In this document: one piece after another, positions 50,269 through 60,649 of the stretch
Layout of the letters: each line of letters opens with the position of its first letter
Numbering within the stretch: position 1 is the first letter of the stretch
NCBI GenBank assembly: GCA_963845145.1
Contig: CAWJQU010000005.1
Coordinates: 1,088,001-1,152,000, forward strand
Length of the DNA stretch: 64,000 bases
Source of the DNA: an uncultured delta proteobacterium
GTDB lineage: Bacteria > Desulfobacterota > Desulfobacteria > Desulfobacterales > QNYZ01
Direction: 5' to 3'
Program-made: the position numbers and the translations under genes
The notes under the pieces: model-generated
Told to the model about the DNA's origin: nothing
The model's input: only the letters and a program-made list of their open reading frames with translations
The model's database searches: none

Positions 50269-51744
50269 ATGACACCTGACCTTCAGCAAATCCATGATAC
50301 ATCCATGGCCATACTCGCAAAAACCGGTATGGTTTTCAACCACCCCGCTGTTTGTGACATTATCGCTCGAAATGGGGTTAAGGTCTCTAATAAACGTGTC
50401 TTTTTTACCGAACAAAAAATTTTAGATTTGATTGCCAAGGCGCCCACCGAGTTTCGAATGAAAGCCCCCAATCCGGATCATGATATCACCATCGGGGGGG
50501 ATCATGTCGAATTTGCACCTGGATATGGTGCCCCCAAAGTCGTTACGGCCGAGGGATTGGTTCGAAATGGGACCATCGCAGATTATCTCACATTCCTCAA
50601 GTTGACCCATGTTTGCGACCATTTTCATCTTAACGGCGGCCCGCTGGTGCACCCTGACGATATTCCCGTTTCAGCCAGTTTTCCGACCATGGTCTACCTG
50701 TCCCACTGTTACTCAGATAAATGTTTGATTGTCCCCAACGGAGAGAAAAAAGAGATCAAACTGCTGATGGAGATGCTAAACCTCATCTACGGCGACACCT
50801 TTCAGCAGGGGACACCTGTGACGATTACCATCATCAACCCGATCAGCCCGCTTCAAATCGACGAAAACGCGCTGGATATCCTGCTACTTTTCTCCCAGAA
50901 TCACCAGCCGATCATTGTTACTGCTGCCCTCATGGCGGGTACAACCGGGCCGATGACTTTAGCGGGATGTATAGCGCTTGGGAATGCAGAAGTATTGGCG
51001 ACCATCGCAGCCCACCAGATGATCAATCCCGGATCGCCAGTTGTCTACGGTTCTCTGGCATCTGTAGCCGATATGCGAACCGGCAGCATCGCCATCGGGA
51101 CCCCGGAGCGCGCGTTGGCTGTTAATTATGGGAGTCGCTTGGCCAAAGCTTATGGCCTGCCTTGTCGGGGTGGAGGCGCTGAAAATGATGCTGCTGTTGT
51201 CAACGCCCAAAGCGGTTACGAAAGTATGATGAATTTAATCACTGCCGTCACGGAAAAAATGAACATCGTAGTACATAGCGCTGGAACCCTCGGTGGTTTC
51301 GGGGCCATGAGTGTTGAAAAATTTATAATCGATATCGAAATGATCGGCATGGTGAAACGAATCATGGGCGGGGAGGAGATATCTTCGAAAAGCTTGGCAC
51401 TCGAAGTCATTGAAGCGGTCGGGCCGACGGGCAATTTTTTAATGCACGAACATACCCTGGCCAACTGCCGAACCGCAGCAAGACTCCCCCTCATCGGCAG
51501 CCGTGGCGTTTTAGGCAATCAAACCGGTCCGGCCGATTTTGATAAGACCATCGAAAAAGCGAAAATGAATCTACTAGAACACTATGTTCAGCCGGAGACC
51601 AACCAAGACTCTGCCCGGGCACTTAAAAATTTGTTGGAGGATAGAGGATACCCGGCAATTAACTTGACGCCAACTAAAACTGAATCTAAGTTGCATTCAA
51701 ACTGTCATGGGGCGTTGGATCCTCTATGTCGCCCACTGGGTTGA
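50269..51744 (+). CDS. MttB-superfamily methyltransferase, non-pyrrolysine
   Basis: INPISPL, MAGTTGPMTLAG, DMRTG, YGLPCRGGG, QSGYES, VGPTGNFL. Confidence 0.93.
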   Translation: MTPDLQQIHDTSMAILAKTGMVFNHPAVCDIIARNGVKVSNKRVFFTEQKILDLIAKAPTEFRMKAPNPDHDITIGGDHVEFAPGYGAPKVVTAEGLVRNGTIADYLTFLKLTHVCDHFHLNGGPLVHPDDIPVSASFPTMVYLSHCYSDKCLIVPNGEKKEIKLLMEMLNLIYGDTFQQGTPVTITIINPISPLQIDENALDILLLFSQNHQPIIVTAALMAGTTGPMTLAGCIALGNAEVLATIAAHQMINPGSPVVYGSLASVADMRTGSIAIGTPERALAVNYGSRLAKAYGLPCRGGGAENDAAVVNAQSGYESMMNLITAVTEKMNIVVHSAGTLGGFGAMSVEKFIIDIEMIGMVKRIMGGEEISSKSLALEVIEAVGPTGNFLMHEHTLANCRTAARLPLIGSRGVLGNQTGPADFDKTIEKAKMNLLEHYVQPETNQDSARALKNLLEDRGYPAINLTPTKTESKLHSNCHGALDPLCRPLG

Positions 51745-51851
51745 TTGTCTGGGTTCACTTTGGTTAATTATCAAAAAACATGCCGCAACATAGTGCACCG
51801 ATTGAGTATTTACCTAAACATTTTGAAATTGGCACAAGGGAGTATCAATCA

Positions 51852-52628
51852 ATGAGTATTGATTCGTTTTCCATGAATTATTTTTCTTTAAAGGAAAAAA
51901 CGGCTATCGTAACCGGGGGAAACAGCGGACTGGGGTTGGCCTTTTCAGTTGCTCTGGCAAAAGCCGGTGCCAATATTTTCATTCCAAGTATTGTTATGGA
52001 TGATGGGCAGACAGGGCGGTTAATTGAAAAACAAGGGGTGGCTGTTGATTTTATGGCGGTGGATATCACCGAAACTGGTGCTCCGAAACATATCATCGAA
52101 AGCTGTGTAAAAAAATTTGGAACCGTTGATATTTTAGTCAATAACGCCGGGATTTGTAAGTTAAATTCGGTATTGGAATTTGGTCGGGAAGACTGGGATC
52201 CCATGATCGCCGTCAATCTCACCGCTGCATTTGAATTAAGCTATGAAGTCGCCAAGGTAATGATCCCCCAGAAAAGTGGCAAAATGATCAATATCTGTTC
52301 TCTCTTTTCCTATTTAGGAGGACAAGGGTCATCGGCCTATGCCGCAACCAAACATGGCATCGCCGGACTGACCAAAGCCTATTGCGATGAACTGGCACAA
52401 TATAATATCCAGGTAAATGGCATTGCACCCGGATACTATGCCACCGAACTGACAACCAACACCAGAAACAATCCCGAAACCAACCGCAAGGTCCTGGAAC
52501 ATATTCCCGCCAATCGCTGGGGTGAACTGCAGGATTTGATGGGGGCCACTGTATTTTTAGCCAGTCGCGCCTCTGACTATGTAAATGGCCACCTGCTGGT
52601 TGTCGACGGGGGTTACCGGGTGCGGTAG
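51852..52628 (+). CDS. SDR oxidoreductase (KduD/YgcW-like)
   Basis: TGGNSGLG, LVNNAG, YAATK, NGIAPG, IPANRWG, VDGGY. Confidence 0.92.
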   Translation: MSIDSFSMNYFSLKEKTAIVTGGNSGLGLAFSVALAKAGANIFIPSIVMDDGQTGRLIEKQGVAVDFMAVDITETGAPKHIIESCVKKFGTVDILVNNAGICKLNSVLEFGREDWDPMIAVNLTAAFELSYEVAKVMIPQKSGKMINICSLFSYLGGQGSSAYAATKHGIAGLTKAYCDELAQYNIQVNGIAPGYYATELTTNTRNNPETNRKVLEHIPANRWGELQDLMGATVFLASRASDYVNGHLLVVDGGYRVR

Positions 52629-52685
52629 GCCTGCGACTGCCAATATTTTGATCCGAACCATCCAGAGAAAGGATATTTTTTCATC

Positions 52686-54143
52686 ATGACCTTAACCAGG
52701 GAAGCGATTGTCGACCATCTCAAAAATATAGTAGGTCCGCAACGAGTGATTACCGAAGAGCAGGTGTTGAAGGAATACAGCCACGACCGGTATAAAAAAT
52801 TTGAGACAATTTTCGGTGTTTATACCACCCCGATCCCTGCAGCTGTGGTGAAACTCGCAGACACACAGCAGGTCTCCGATGTATTAAAATTCCTAAACGA
52901 AAATAAGATCAATTGCGTTGCCCGTACCGGCGGAACCGCCACAGAGGGGGGGCTGGAAACCATTGTTGAAAATTCAGTGGTTCTGGATGGTTCGCCAATG
53001 AATCAAATCATAACGATTGATCCCACCAATATGCTGGCAACCGCCCAGTGCGGCGTGAATCTGGGCGAATTGGAAGACCGTCTGCGCGATCAGGGGTATA
53101 CCACCGGACACTCCCCCCAATCCAAGCCTTTGGCCCATATGGGAGGACTGGTGGCAACCCGCAGCATTGGTCAGTTCTCCACCCTTTATGGCGCCATTGA
53201 AGATATGGTAGTCGGTCTGGAAGCCGTGTTCCCCAATGGTGAGATCACCCGGATAAAAAATGTTCCCCGTCGAGCATGCGGCCCGGACATCCGTCATGTG
53301 ATTATCGGCAACGAAGGCGCTTTGTGCTATATCACCGAAGTGACGGTCAAAATTTTTAGATATTACCCGGAAAACAATCAGTTTCTTGCCTGGGCAGTGG
53401 ACCACATGAAAACCGGGTTCGAGATCCTGCGGGAAGTCATGGTGGCCGGGTATCGACCTTCCGTTGCGCGTCTCTATGATGCGGAAGATGGCGTTCAGCA
53501 CAGTTTCGACCAGTTTGCTGCGGAAAAATGCGTCCTGATGTTCATGGCGGAAGGTAATCAACGCATGGCCAGGGCCACAGCCGAAGGTATTGACGAGATT
53601 GTTGGTAAATATAACGAGTGCCGGAAAATCGACAGTAAAATTATTGAAAACTGGTTTAATCATCTAAACTGGGGACCGGAAAAAATTGCTGAGGAGCGTG
53701 AACTCATCCGCAGAAATCATCATATCGGCTTTACCACCGAAGTTTCCGGTAACTGGGATTGTATCAACACCATCTACGAAAATGCCCTCAAACGGATACG
53801 CACGGAATATCCCCATTTCGACGATTTGACCATGTTAGGTGGTCACTCCTCCCACAGTTATCAGACCGGAACTAATCTATACTTTGTGTACGACTACGAT
53901 GTGGTCGACTGCAAACCGGAGGAAGAGATCAATAAGTATCATATTCCACTCAACACCTTGATTGTGGAGGAAACCCTCAAAGCCGGAGGTTCGATGGTGC
54001 ACCATCACGGTATCGGTAAATACCGAACCCTTTGGACAAAGACAGAACATGGTTCGGCGTATTACATTTTGAAAGGTTTAAAAGCGCAGTTTGATCCCAA
54101 TGGGATCATGAACACTGGAACCATCTACCCGCTAGAAAAATGA
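52686..54143 (+). CDS. FAD-binding oxidoreductase (YgcU/alkyl-DHAP synthase-like)
   Basis: TTGHSPQS, ATRSIGQFSTLYG, GNEG, HSSHSY, HHHGIGK, FDPNGIMN. Confidence 0.9.
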   Translation: MTLTREAIVDHLKNIVGPQRVITEEQVLKEYSHDRYKKFETIFGVYTTPIPAAVVKLADTQQVSDVLKFLNENKINCVARTGGTATEGGLETIVENSVVLDGSPMNQIITIDPTNMLATAQCGVNLGELEDRLRDQGYTTGHSPQSKPLAHMGGLVATRSIGQFSTLYGAIEDMVVGLEAVFPNGEITRIKNVPRRACGPDIRHVIIGNEGALCYITEVTVKIFRYYPENNQFLAWAVDHMKTGFEILREVMVAGYRPSVARLYDAEDGVQHSFDQFAAEKCVLMFMAEGNQRMARATAEGIDEIVGKYNECRKIDSKIIENWFNHLNWGPEKIAEERELIRRNHHIGFTTEVSGNWDCINTIYENALKRIRTEYPHFDDLTMLGGHSSHSYQTGTNLYFVYDYDVVDCKPEEEINKYHIPLNTLIVEETLKAGGSMVHHHGIGKYRTLWTKTEHGSAYYILKGLKAQFDPNGIMNTGTIYPLEK

Positions 54144-54964
54144 AAATTGCGGTCTGTTTTAAAATCATGGCCGATTACAGCCGGCTAAGTGAGAGGGATT
54201 GGACATGGAACGAGGGTCACTTTGTCGACACCCGTTTTGTCCGATGCATTTTCAATTGTTTTGATGAAAGTGCCTTGGAAATGGCACTAACGCTCTTCCA
54301 AACATGGGAAAATACATCTGCGCCGCCGGAACTCACCGCGTTAACCGTGGACGATGCCCGAGGCGATCTTTTTCTCAGGCACCTGACGGCCGTCGGGTAC
54401 CACCATGCTGTTCGAATTCGGTGCAGCAACCCAATTGACCTGAGATTTAATCCGTTGGCCATTTCCCGTTTAATTTCAACCTACATCAAGCGGGAGGGCC
54501 ATCAACTGGTGATTCTGGGCATGCAGGGGGCAGATGGTGATAATGGCCAGACCGGATTTATGCTTGCTGAACGGCTGGGATGGCCCTGCATTAGAGAGGT
54601 AACCGAGATAGGGAAAGACGGACCTTCCGACTGCCTTAAAGTTACCAGTCGCACCCAGGGGGCAACGGTGATCCAAACCGTTAGACTCCCCATGGTACTA
54701 ACCATGGGCCACTCCCCGTTTTCTCCCTATCTGCGCGTCCCTACCTTGAAACAAAAATTAAATGCCAAAAAAAAACCATTGACCCTTGTGTCAGACACCC
54801 AGCTGGGCCTTAATATGGATGCCTTGATGGACAAAGGTAAAGAAATTGTCCATCTGCAGCGGCCCCAGTCAAAACGGTCTTGTGTTTTTCTAGATGGTAA
54901 AACGCCCCGGGAACAGGCCCAACGCCTTTTTGAACGATACCTTAAAGAGCGGTTACCGATATGA
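54140..54964 (+). CDS. Electron transfer flavoprotein beta subunit (FixA/YgcR-like)
   Basis: FNCFDESALEMAL, GMQGADGDNGQTG, AERLGWP. Confidence 0.88.
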   Translation: MKIAVCFKIMADYSRLSERDWTWNEGHFVDTRFVRCIFNCFDESALEMALTLFQTWENTSAPPELTALTVDDARGDLFLRHLTAVGYHHAVRIRCSNPIDLRFNPLAISRLISTYIKREGHQLVILGMQGADGDNGQTGFMLAERLGWPCIREVTEIGKDGPSDCLKVTSRTQGATVIQTVRLPMVLTMGHSPFSPYLRVPTLKQKLNAKKKPLTLVSDTQLGLNMDALMDKGKEIVHLQRPQSKRSCVFLDGKTPREQAQRLFERYLKERLPI

Positions 54965-55971
54965 AAGCGGCACTAGTGCTGGCGGCCGACGGTTTCTCGT
55001 TACTACAGCAGGCGGGTGAAATTAACGCCATGCTGAGCACCATGCAGATGAGCTTTTCCCAGTTGGAACTGTGGTTGTTTTACCAAGGCCGCCCTCCCGA
55101 CAGTTTCCCTGAAATGGACCCCGCATTGTCCGCCATCAAACGGATAGCGATGGCAACCGACAACCATCTGCCCGAGGCTTATCTGCAATTATTGATGCAG
55201 TTATGGGAAAAGTCTCCGATGGATCTGCTGGTGTTTGCAAGTGATGGATTAGGGGCGGAACTGGCAACCCGTCTGGGATATCGACTCCATGGCACTTCCT
55301 GCCTAAAGGTCGAAGCGTGCCGTTTTACTTCAGGTCTGCTTGAAGTCATAAAACCGGTATATGGAAACAACCTGACGGCCCGGTTTTCTTTGTCATCGCC
55401 CCCCTATTTCTTGTCGGTGGCGAAAAGATCCTGCCCTCCGGCAGCGGTGACCCGCTATGATCAAGTGGAAATGGAAACCGTCACCTTGATTCAGCCCCAA
55501 TACAACTGGGTGATAAAGACGCTGGCCCTTCCGAATCCCCCGGATACCGGACTGGCTCATGCGGATCGGGTCCTCGTGGTGGGCCAGGGGGTCAACAATA
55601 AAGAAACCATGGATGCTTTACGGGACGTCGCAACCACCATGGGCGCCGAAATGGGTGCCAGTCGTCCGGTGGTGATGAATGCCTTGGCCGATATGAACCG
55701 ATTGATTGGTGCATCAGGGTTGATCATTTCGCCCAAGCTCTGTATTGCGGCGGGGGTTACCGGTACAGCCGTTTTCAGTGTGGGGATTAAAAACAGTGAA
55801 TTTATCGTGGCGATCAACACTGACCGACAAGCGCCGATTTTTCATGTGGCCCATGTGGGTCTTGTGGGAGATCTGGAGGGGATCCTCTCTGAACTGGCCA
55901 AGGTGATCACAGCGGAAAAAGCAAAAAAAATGCAAGCCGATGTATCTGCGCCGACACTAGAAAAATCATGA
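54961..55971 (+). CDS. Electron transfer flavoprotein alpha subunit (FixB/YgcQ-like)
   Basis: GASRPVV, IGASG, PKLCIAAGVTG, IVAINTDRQAPIF. Confidence 0.88.
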   Translation: MKAALVLAADGFSLLQQAGEINAMLSTMQMSFSQLELWLFYQGRPPDSFPEMDPALSAIKRIAMATDNHLPEAYLQLLMQLWEKSPMDLLVFASDGLGAELATRLGYRLHGTSCLKVEACRFTSGLLEVIKPVYGNNLTARFSLSSPPYFLSVAKRSCPPAAVTRYDQVEMETVTLIQPQYNWVIKTLALPNPPDTGLAHADRVLVVGQGVNNKETMDALRDVATTMGAEMGASRPVVMNALADMNRLIGASGLIISPKLCIAAGVTGTAVFSVGIKNSEFIVAINTDRQAPIFHVAHVGLVGDLEGILSELAKVITAEKAKKMQADVSAPTLEKS

Positions 55972-57530
55972 AACCGAAGACGCCAGGCAGTTTAATACAG
56001 CCATTGGAAGACCGGCACCGCGACTATTTAAAAGATGAGTCCCGAACCTCGGGAAAGGCAAGGAGTATCTCTTTTCCGCAAAATGAAGCCGATGTTCAGG
56101 CCATCGTCAAAATCCTGCTGGCGAATAAAACCGCCATCACGGTTCAAGGTAGTCGAACCGGAATGACCGGTGGCGCCATTCCCACCGGGGGTCACATTCT
56201 GAATCTGTCAAAAATGAACCGGGTAATCGGCCTGGTACAGGATCCAAATGGCAATTTCTCCGTACGGGTTCAACCGGGGGTCAGTCTAGCGGAACTTGAT
56301 CGACAGCTTTTGAGTGGTCTTTTTGTCAGTGATCGCTGGGATAAAAGCGCCCTAATCGCACTTGGAGCCTTAAACCAAACAGATAGACAGTTTTGGCCGC
56401 CGGACCCATCCGAATGGTCGGCATCCATCGGTGGTATTGCCGCCAACAACAGCCGGGGCATTTGTGCCCACCACTATGGGTCAACACGTGACCATATCAA
56501 ACGTATTCGCGTGGTTGATACGCATGGCCAAATTCATTCAATATCACGCGGTCGATTTGTTTTTTCTCAAGGTGTCTGTCCAATGCCGGGAGGCGACACC
56601 ATTCGGATGGACCCGGCAACCCTTCGGGCTGATTCACCAAAAGACCTAATGGATTTGTACGTTGGCAGCGAAGGCATGTTCGGCGTAATAACCGAGCTGA
56701 CATTGGGCCTGCAACCACTTCCCTGTGAGCGATGGGGTATCGTCTTTTTTTTCGAAGCCCAGCACCAGGCCGTAGATTTTATTCAAGCGATTGATCGAAG
56801 ACCAAAAAAAGAAACGGGTCCCGACATCGTGGCCATTGTGTTTATGGATCAAACCACACTTGTGTGTATCCAGAAATCTAAACAATGGAACAGCCGGTTG
56901 AGGAGATTACCAAATTTAGATACACGGTTCGCATCGGGAGTGTATGTGGAAATCCACGGTAACAGCACTGAAGCCGTTGAGGCACTATCCGAGTGGCTAT
57001 TGGAAACAGCCGAGTGTGGCGATGACACGGACGCCACCTGGGCCTTTTGCGGCGATATCGAACTTGAGCGGCTGCGCCTCTTTCACTCCGCCGCACCGGA
57101 AGCAGTCAATCAATTAATCGACAAGGCAAGGCGGGTAGATTCTCGAATCACCAAACTTGGGATGGACCTTCGGTTTCAAGACGGTTGCCTGTCCGAAGTA
57201 CTCGATATGGTCCGCCAGGATCTAAACGCCGATGGACTCAAAGCCGCTGTTTTCGGTCATGCCGCTGACGGGCATCTTCAAGTCAATATACTGCCACAAA
57301 ATTATCAACAATTTGAGAACGGAAGATCACGTATAGAAAATTGGGCCGTAAGAATTAATACCCATGGTGGTAGTGTCGTTACTGAACATGGGGTTGGGAA
57401 AATCAATAAAGATCTATTTCGATCCATTCCTCTGCCCGCGCGCTTGAAAGTGATTTGCAGCCTAAAACAACAACTCGATCCGGATGGGTTATGGAATCCC
57501 GGCAATATACTGGATTCGTATGGACCATAA
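55968..57530 (+). CDS. FAD-binding oxidoreductase (GlcD/D-lactate dehydrogenase family)
   Basis: GSRTGMTGG, PPDPS, SIGG, GSEGMFG, FGHAADGHL, EHGVGK, DPDGLWNPG. Confidence 0.9.
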   Translation: MKPKTPGSLIQPLEDRHRDYLKDESRTSGKARSISFPQNEADVQAIVKILLANKTAITVQGSRTGMTGGAIPTGGHILNLSKMNRVIGLVQDPNGNFSVRVQPGVSLAELDRQLLSGLFVSDRWDKSALIALGALNQTDRQFWPPDPSEWSASIGGIAANNSRGICAHHYGSTRDHIKRIRVVDTHGQIHSISRGRFVFSQGVCPMPGGDTIRMDPATLRADSPKDLMDLYVGSEGMFGVITELTLGLQPLPCERWGIVFFFEAQHQAVDFIQAIDRRPKKETGPDIVAIVFMDQTTLVCIQKSKQWNSRLRRLPNLDTRFASGVYVEIHGNSTEAVEALSEWLLETAECGDDTDATWAFCGDIELERLRLFHSAAPEAVNQLIDKARRVDSRITKLGMDLRFQDGCLSEVLDMVRQDLNADGLKAAVFGHAADGHLQVNILPQNYQQFENGRSRIENWAVRINTHGGSVVTEHGVGKINKDLFRSIPLPARLKVICSLKQQLDPDGLWNPGNILDSYGP

Positions 57531-57560
57531 ACAAACCATAACTAACCATGGACACCAAGC

Positions 57561-59012
57561 ATGAGAGAAAAATATCTAATGGGGGTGGATGTCGGTACCC
57601 AAAGCGCCAAAGTGATCATAACAGACTTAAATGGCCATATCGTTTGTGAGGGTAGGCAGCGATTACGTAAAATGGATATTCCGGCACCGCAACTGGCAGA
57701 ACATCCCGATGACGACCTGTGGGATGCGCTTAAAATGTCCTTTCGTCGCCTGATAACAAGATTTAATGATGATATAGGTGGAAATGTACATGATATTCTA
57801 GCCATGGGGATTTGTATCATTCGTTGCTGTCGCGTACTGCTTAAAGGCAACGGCGAACCAGCCTATCCGGTGATTGGCTGGATGGATAAACGTCTCAATA
57901 TGCCCTACGCGTATCAAGAAGCCTATGGCGATGTGAGATATGTAACAACAACCTCCGGCTACATTACGCATCGCTTGACAGGCGAGTTTAAAGATACCTG
58001 TGCCAACTATATCGGCTGGTGGCCGATGGATGACGACACCTTGGATTGGAGCCTCAACGAGGAACGCATCAAACAGTGCAACGTGCCTCGAGATATGCTT
58101 TTTGATGTGGTTAAACCGGGTGAAATTTTGGGTTATTTGACCGATGCAGCGGCCAAGACCATCGGTCTGCCGGCAGGGATGCCGGTGGTTGCCACGGCTC
58201 ATGACAAGGCGGTGGAAGCATTAGGTGCCGGCACCCTAACGTCAGGTACCGGCCTTATTTCTTTGGGGACGTATATCGGCGCTTTGGTGCCTGGCCGTGA
58301 AAACATGAAAGATCCAAAAAACTTCTGGTCATTTCAAGCATCTGTTCCGGGGCGTTACTTGTATGAATGCATGGGCGTTCGCCGTGGTATGTGGACCGTC
58401 AGCTGGTTTTGCGACCAGTTTGGTGAAAGCATCATCGATGAAGCCAAAAACCAGGCCGTAACGATTGAAGAATTGTTCAACCGGGAAGCAGAAAAAGTTC
58501 CGCCCGGTTGCGAAGGACTAATAACGGTTCATGACTGGGCCCCCCCTCCTGCAGCGGTATATCGAAAAGGCGTGATGTTTGGTTTTGACGGGCGCCATAC
58601 CCGGGCTCATCTATATCGATCCATTTTGGAAGGCATCGCGTTTACGGTGAAAAACCATATGGATAAAATGAATCAAGAGCTGGGCACACCTTTGAATTAC
58701 TTAATCATTTCAGGTGGCGGGGCCCATAGCGATGTATTCATGCAGATCTTTGCCGACATATTTGGTGTTTCTACCCGCCGAAATAAAATCAGAGGTTCGG
58801 CAGCCATCGGTTGTATCATCAATGCGGGCATGGCTGTCGGCGCTTTCACTTCCTATGAAGAAGCGGTGGCAAAAATGGTTCGAATAGATGACGAATTTCA
58901 CCCCAACCTGGAAAACACCCGGTTTTATAAACGGCTCAATGACAAAGTGTACCGCCATGTCAACCGACACTTCGACCCGATTTTGAAGACCCTTAGTGCA
59001 TTGGTAGACTGA
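57561..59012 (+). CDS. FGGY-family carbohydrate kinase (YgcE-like)
   Basis: GVDVGTQS, ISLGT, YRSILEGIA, SGGGAHS, MQIFAD. Confidence 0.92.
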   Translation: MREKYLMGVDVGTQSAKVIITDLNGHIVCEGRQRLRKMDIPAPQLAEHPDDDLWDALKMSFRRLITRFNDDIGGNVHDILAMGICIIRCCRVLLKGNGEPAYPVIGWMDKRLNMPYAYQEAYGDVRYVTTTSGYITHRLTGEFKDTCANYIGWWPMDDDTLDWSLNEERIKQCNVPRDMLFDVVKPGEILGYLTDAAAKTIGLPAGMPVVATAHDKAVEALGAGTLTSGTGLISLGTYIGALVPGRENMKDPKNFWSFQASVPGRYLYECMGVRRGMWTVSWFCDQFGESIIDEAKNQAVTIEELFNREAEKVPPGCEGLITVHDWAPPPAAVYRKGVMFGFDGRHTRAHLYRSILEGIAFTVKNHMDKMNQELGTPLNYLIISGGGAHSDVFMQIFADIFGVSTRRNKIRGSAAIGCIINAGMAVGAFTSYEEAVAKMVRIDDEFHPNLENTRFYKRLNDKVYRHVNRHFDPILKTLSALVD

Positions 59013-59134
59013 TAATTCCGAGGTTGCCGTAAGAGACGATAAGGTTTAAGCACATGACTGGCTTGACCGAAAAAGCGCTGAATTAAATATATAGGTGCGC
59101 TTCAATGGAAGTTTTAAGGGATGTGGATGTTGTC

Positions 59135-59251
59135 GAAGCGGTCGGACCGGCCGGCAGGTAATTTCTTGATGCATGAGCATATCCTGGCCAACTGCCGCAC
59201 CGCAGCAAGGCTTCCCCTCATCGGCAGCCGGGGCGTTTTAGGCAATCAAAC
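59135..59251 (+). pseudogene. Diverged copy of the 3' part of the mttB-family gene (51412-51524)
   Basis: gaagcggtcgg...ctggccaactgccg..accgcagcaag...cccctcatcggcagccg.ggcgttttaggcaatcaaac present at both sites. Confidence 0.85.
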
Positions 59252-59272
59252 AGGAAGATTAACTATCAGTTA

Positions 59273-60505
59273 CTAATCGACAAAGATCTTTCCGATATTG
59301 GCCGTCGTCAGGGGATCGTCCATATACATCCCCAGGCCGATGCGCTGAATGGATTCCATGCTGCGCTCATCATAGGTTGGCATCTTGATATCAGGCGCGT
59401 CATCCGAAGTGACCGATTCCGCTATCTTGATGGCTGCTTCAAGCTTAAAAAAAGAAAAATCAACCAGATGTCGCAGGAACCCAAACGGGTGGCGCATCAT
59501 ATGAAAGCCATATTTTAAGGCCATGGCCTGTCCGATGCGGGCATCATCCATGGCGCGCTGGGAGGGGTGTTCCTCGTTGGTAGTAGCAATACTCTGAAAG
59601 GTGGGAATATCGAGAATTAAATTTAAATGGGTCTGAAGGATGTTTAGCAAAAAATGGCTTCTTAAACCGTAATTGGGATTGTAGTCAAAGCGTGGATCGG
59701 CAATGGTCGGAAAGCCGGCATGGATGACGGGTGTGCCTGGATTGAGTAATTGGGCAGCACAAATACCGAACAAAGCCTCGGCATGGGTCATGGTGAGGGC
59801 CCCATTGTAACAGTACGGCGCACTGATCCCCGCCATGGGCATGGCGGATATAAAAACGGGCAACCCGCAGTTTACGACCTTTACGAAATCATTCGAGAAA
59901 TTTTCGTTCACCTGCAGAATCGGCCGTGTCAGGCAAAACAAAATGATGATATTTCCACGCTCGGCGTGAAGTTGTTTGGCGCGGGCCAACGCGGCATCGG
60001 AAGTAACCGGGAAGTATAACGGTTTGGAACAGTTGGCGGCTATGAGGTTCATCTGTTCGATGTCGTCCTTTATCTTAACCCCTCGCCCCATACCGGTAAC
60101 CGCCGTCGATGCTTCCGCAATTTGCGCAATGCGGACGATATGATCAGGCGTGGGCAGGATGCCGCCTCGGCCTATATTTTCATCATAAACATAAGGTGCC
60201 GTGCCGCCGATAAAAAAACTATTTAAAGGAACAAAAAATTCGCCTACACCGGGTACTGTCGCCAGGCACTCCCTGACCAGTTCGGAGGTTAAATAGATCC
60301 GGTTTTCAAAAACGATGGCCTTTCCATCGGCCTCGTGATTTCGAAATGCCGCTTGCATATCAGGCTGTTGACAGCCAACCCCCAGGTTCTCCAGGACCCA
60401 CAAGCTATCATCGTGAACCTGCAAAAGCAGATCGACGGTATCTCTTCCCAACAGGGCGGTTGAAGTCTGTAATTGGGGAGTTTTGACGTTCATGTGTTTT
60501 GCCAT
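59273..60505 (-). CDS. Divergent, short (410 aa) MttB-superfamily protein, non-pyrrolysine
   Basis: VHDDSLWVLENLGV, MPMAGISAP, AEALFGICAAQLLNPGTP; lacks the usual C-terminal tail. Confidence 0.75.
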   Translation of the reverse strand: MAKHMNVKTPQLQTSTALLGRDTVDLLLQVHDDSLWVLENLGVGCQQPDMQAAFRNHEADGKAIVFENRIYLTSELVRECLATVPGVGEFFVPLNSFFIGGTAPYVYDENIGRGGILPTPDHIVRIAQIAEASTAVTGMGRGVKIKDDIEQMNLIAANCSKPLYFPVTSDAALARAKQLHAERGNIIILFCLTRPILQVNENFSNDFVKVVNCGLPVFISAMPMAGISAPYCYNGALTMTHAEALFGICAAQLLNPGTPVIHAGFPTIADPRFDYNPNYGLRSHFLLNILQTHLNLILDIPTFQSIATTNEEHPSQRAMDDARIGQAMALKYGFHMMRHPFGFLRHLVDFSFFKLEAAIKIAESVTSDDAPDIKMPTYDERSMESIQRIGLGMYMDDPLTTANIGKIFVD

Positions 60506-60649
60506 AGCCTTTGCCGTAATCGGTTAGGTTCAAGAACTGGTTTGATTCAAATGCAGGCCCAAAGGTGGAGAGAAGTCTTAGCGGGTTCCATCATGTGCCC
60601 TCGAACCCCTTGGCCCCATAACCCCTTGTAATACTCGCAACCCTTGTGC

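Noticed and set aside
42315..60505. Pyrrolysine in the three MttB-family genes
   Set aside because: All are open without internal TAG; the third ends TAG TAA (double stop); no pyl genes in the window.
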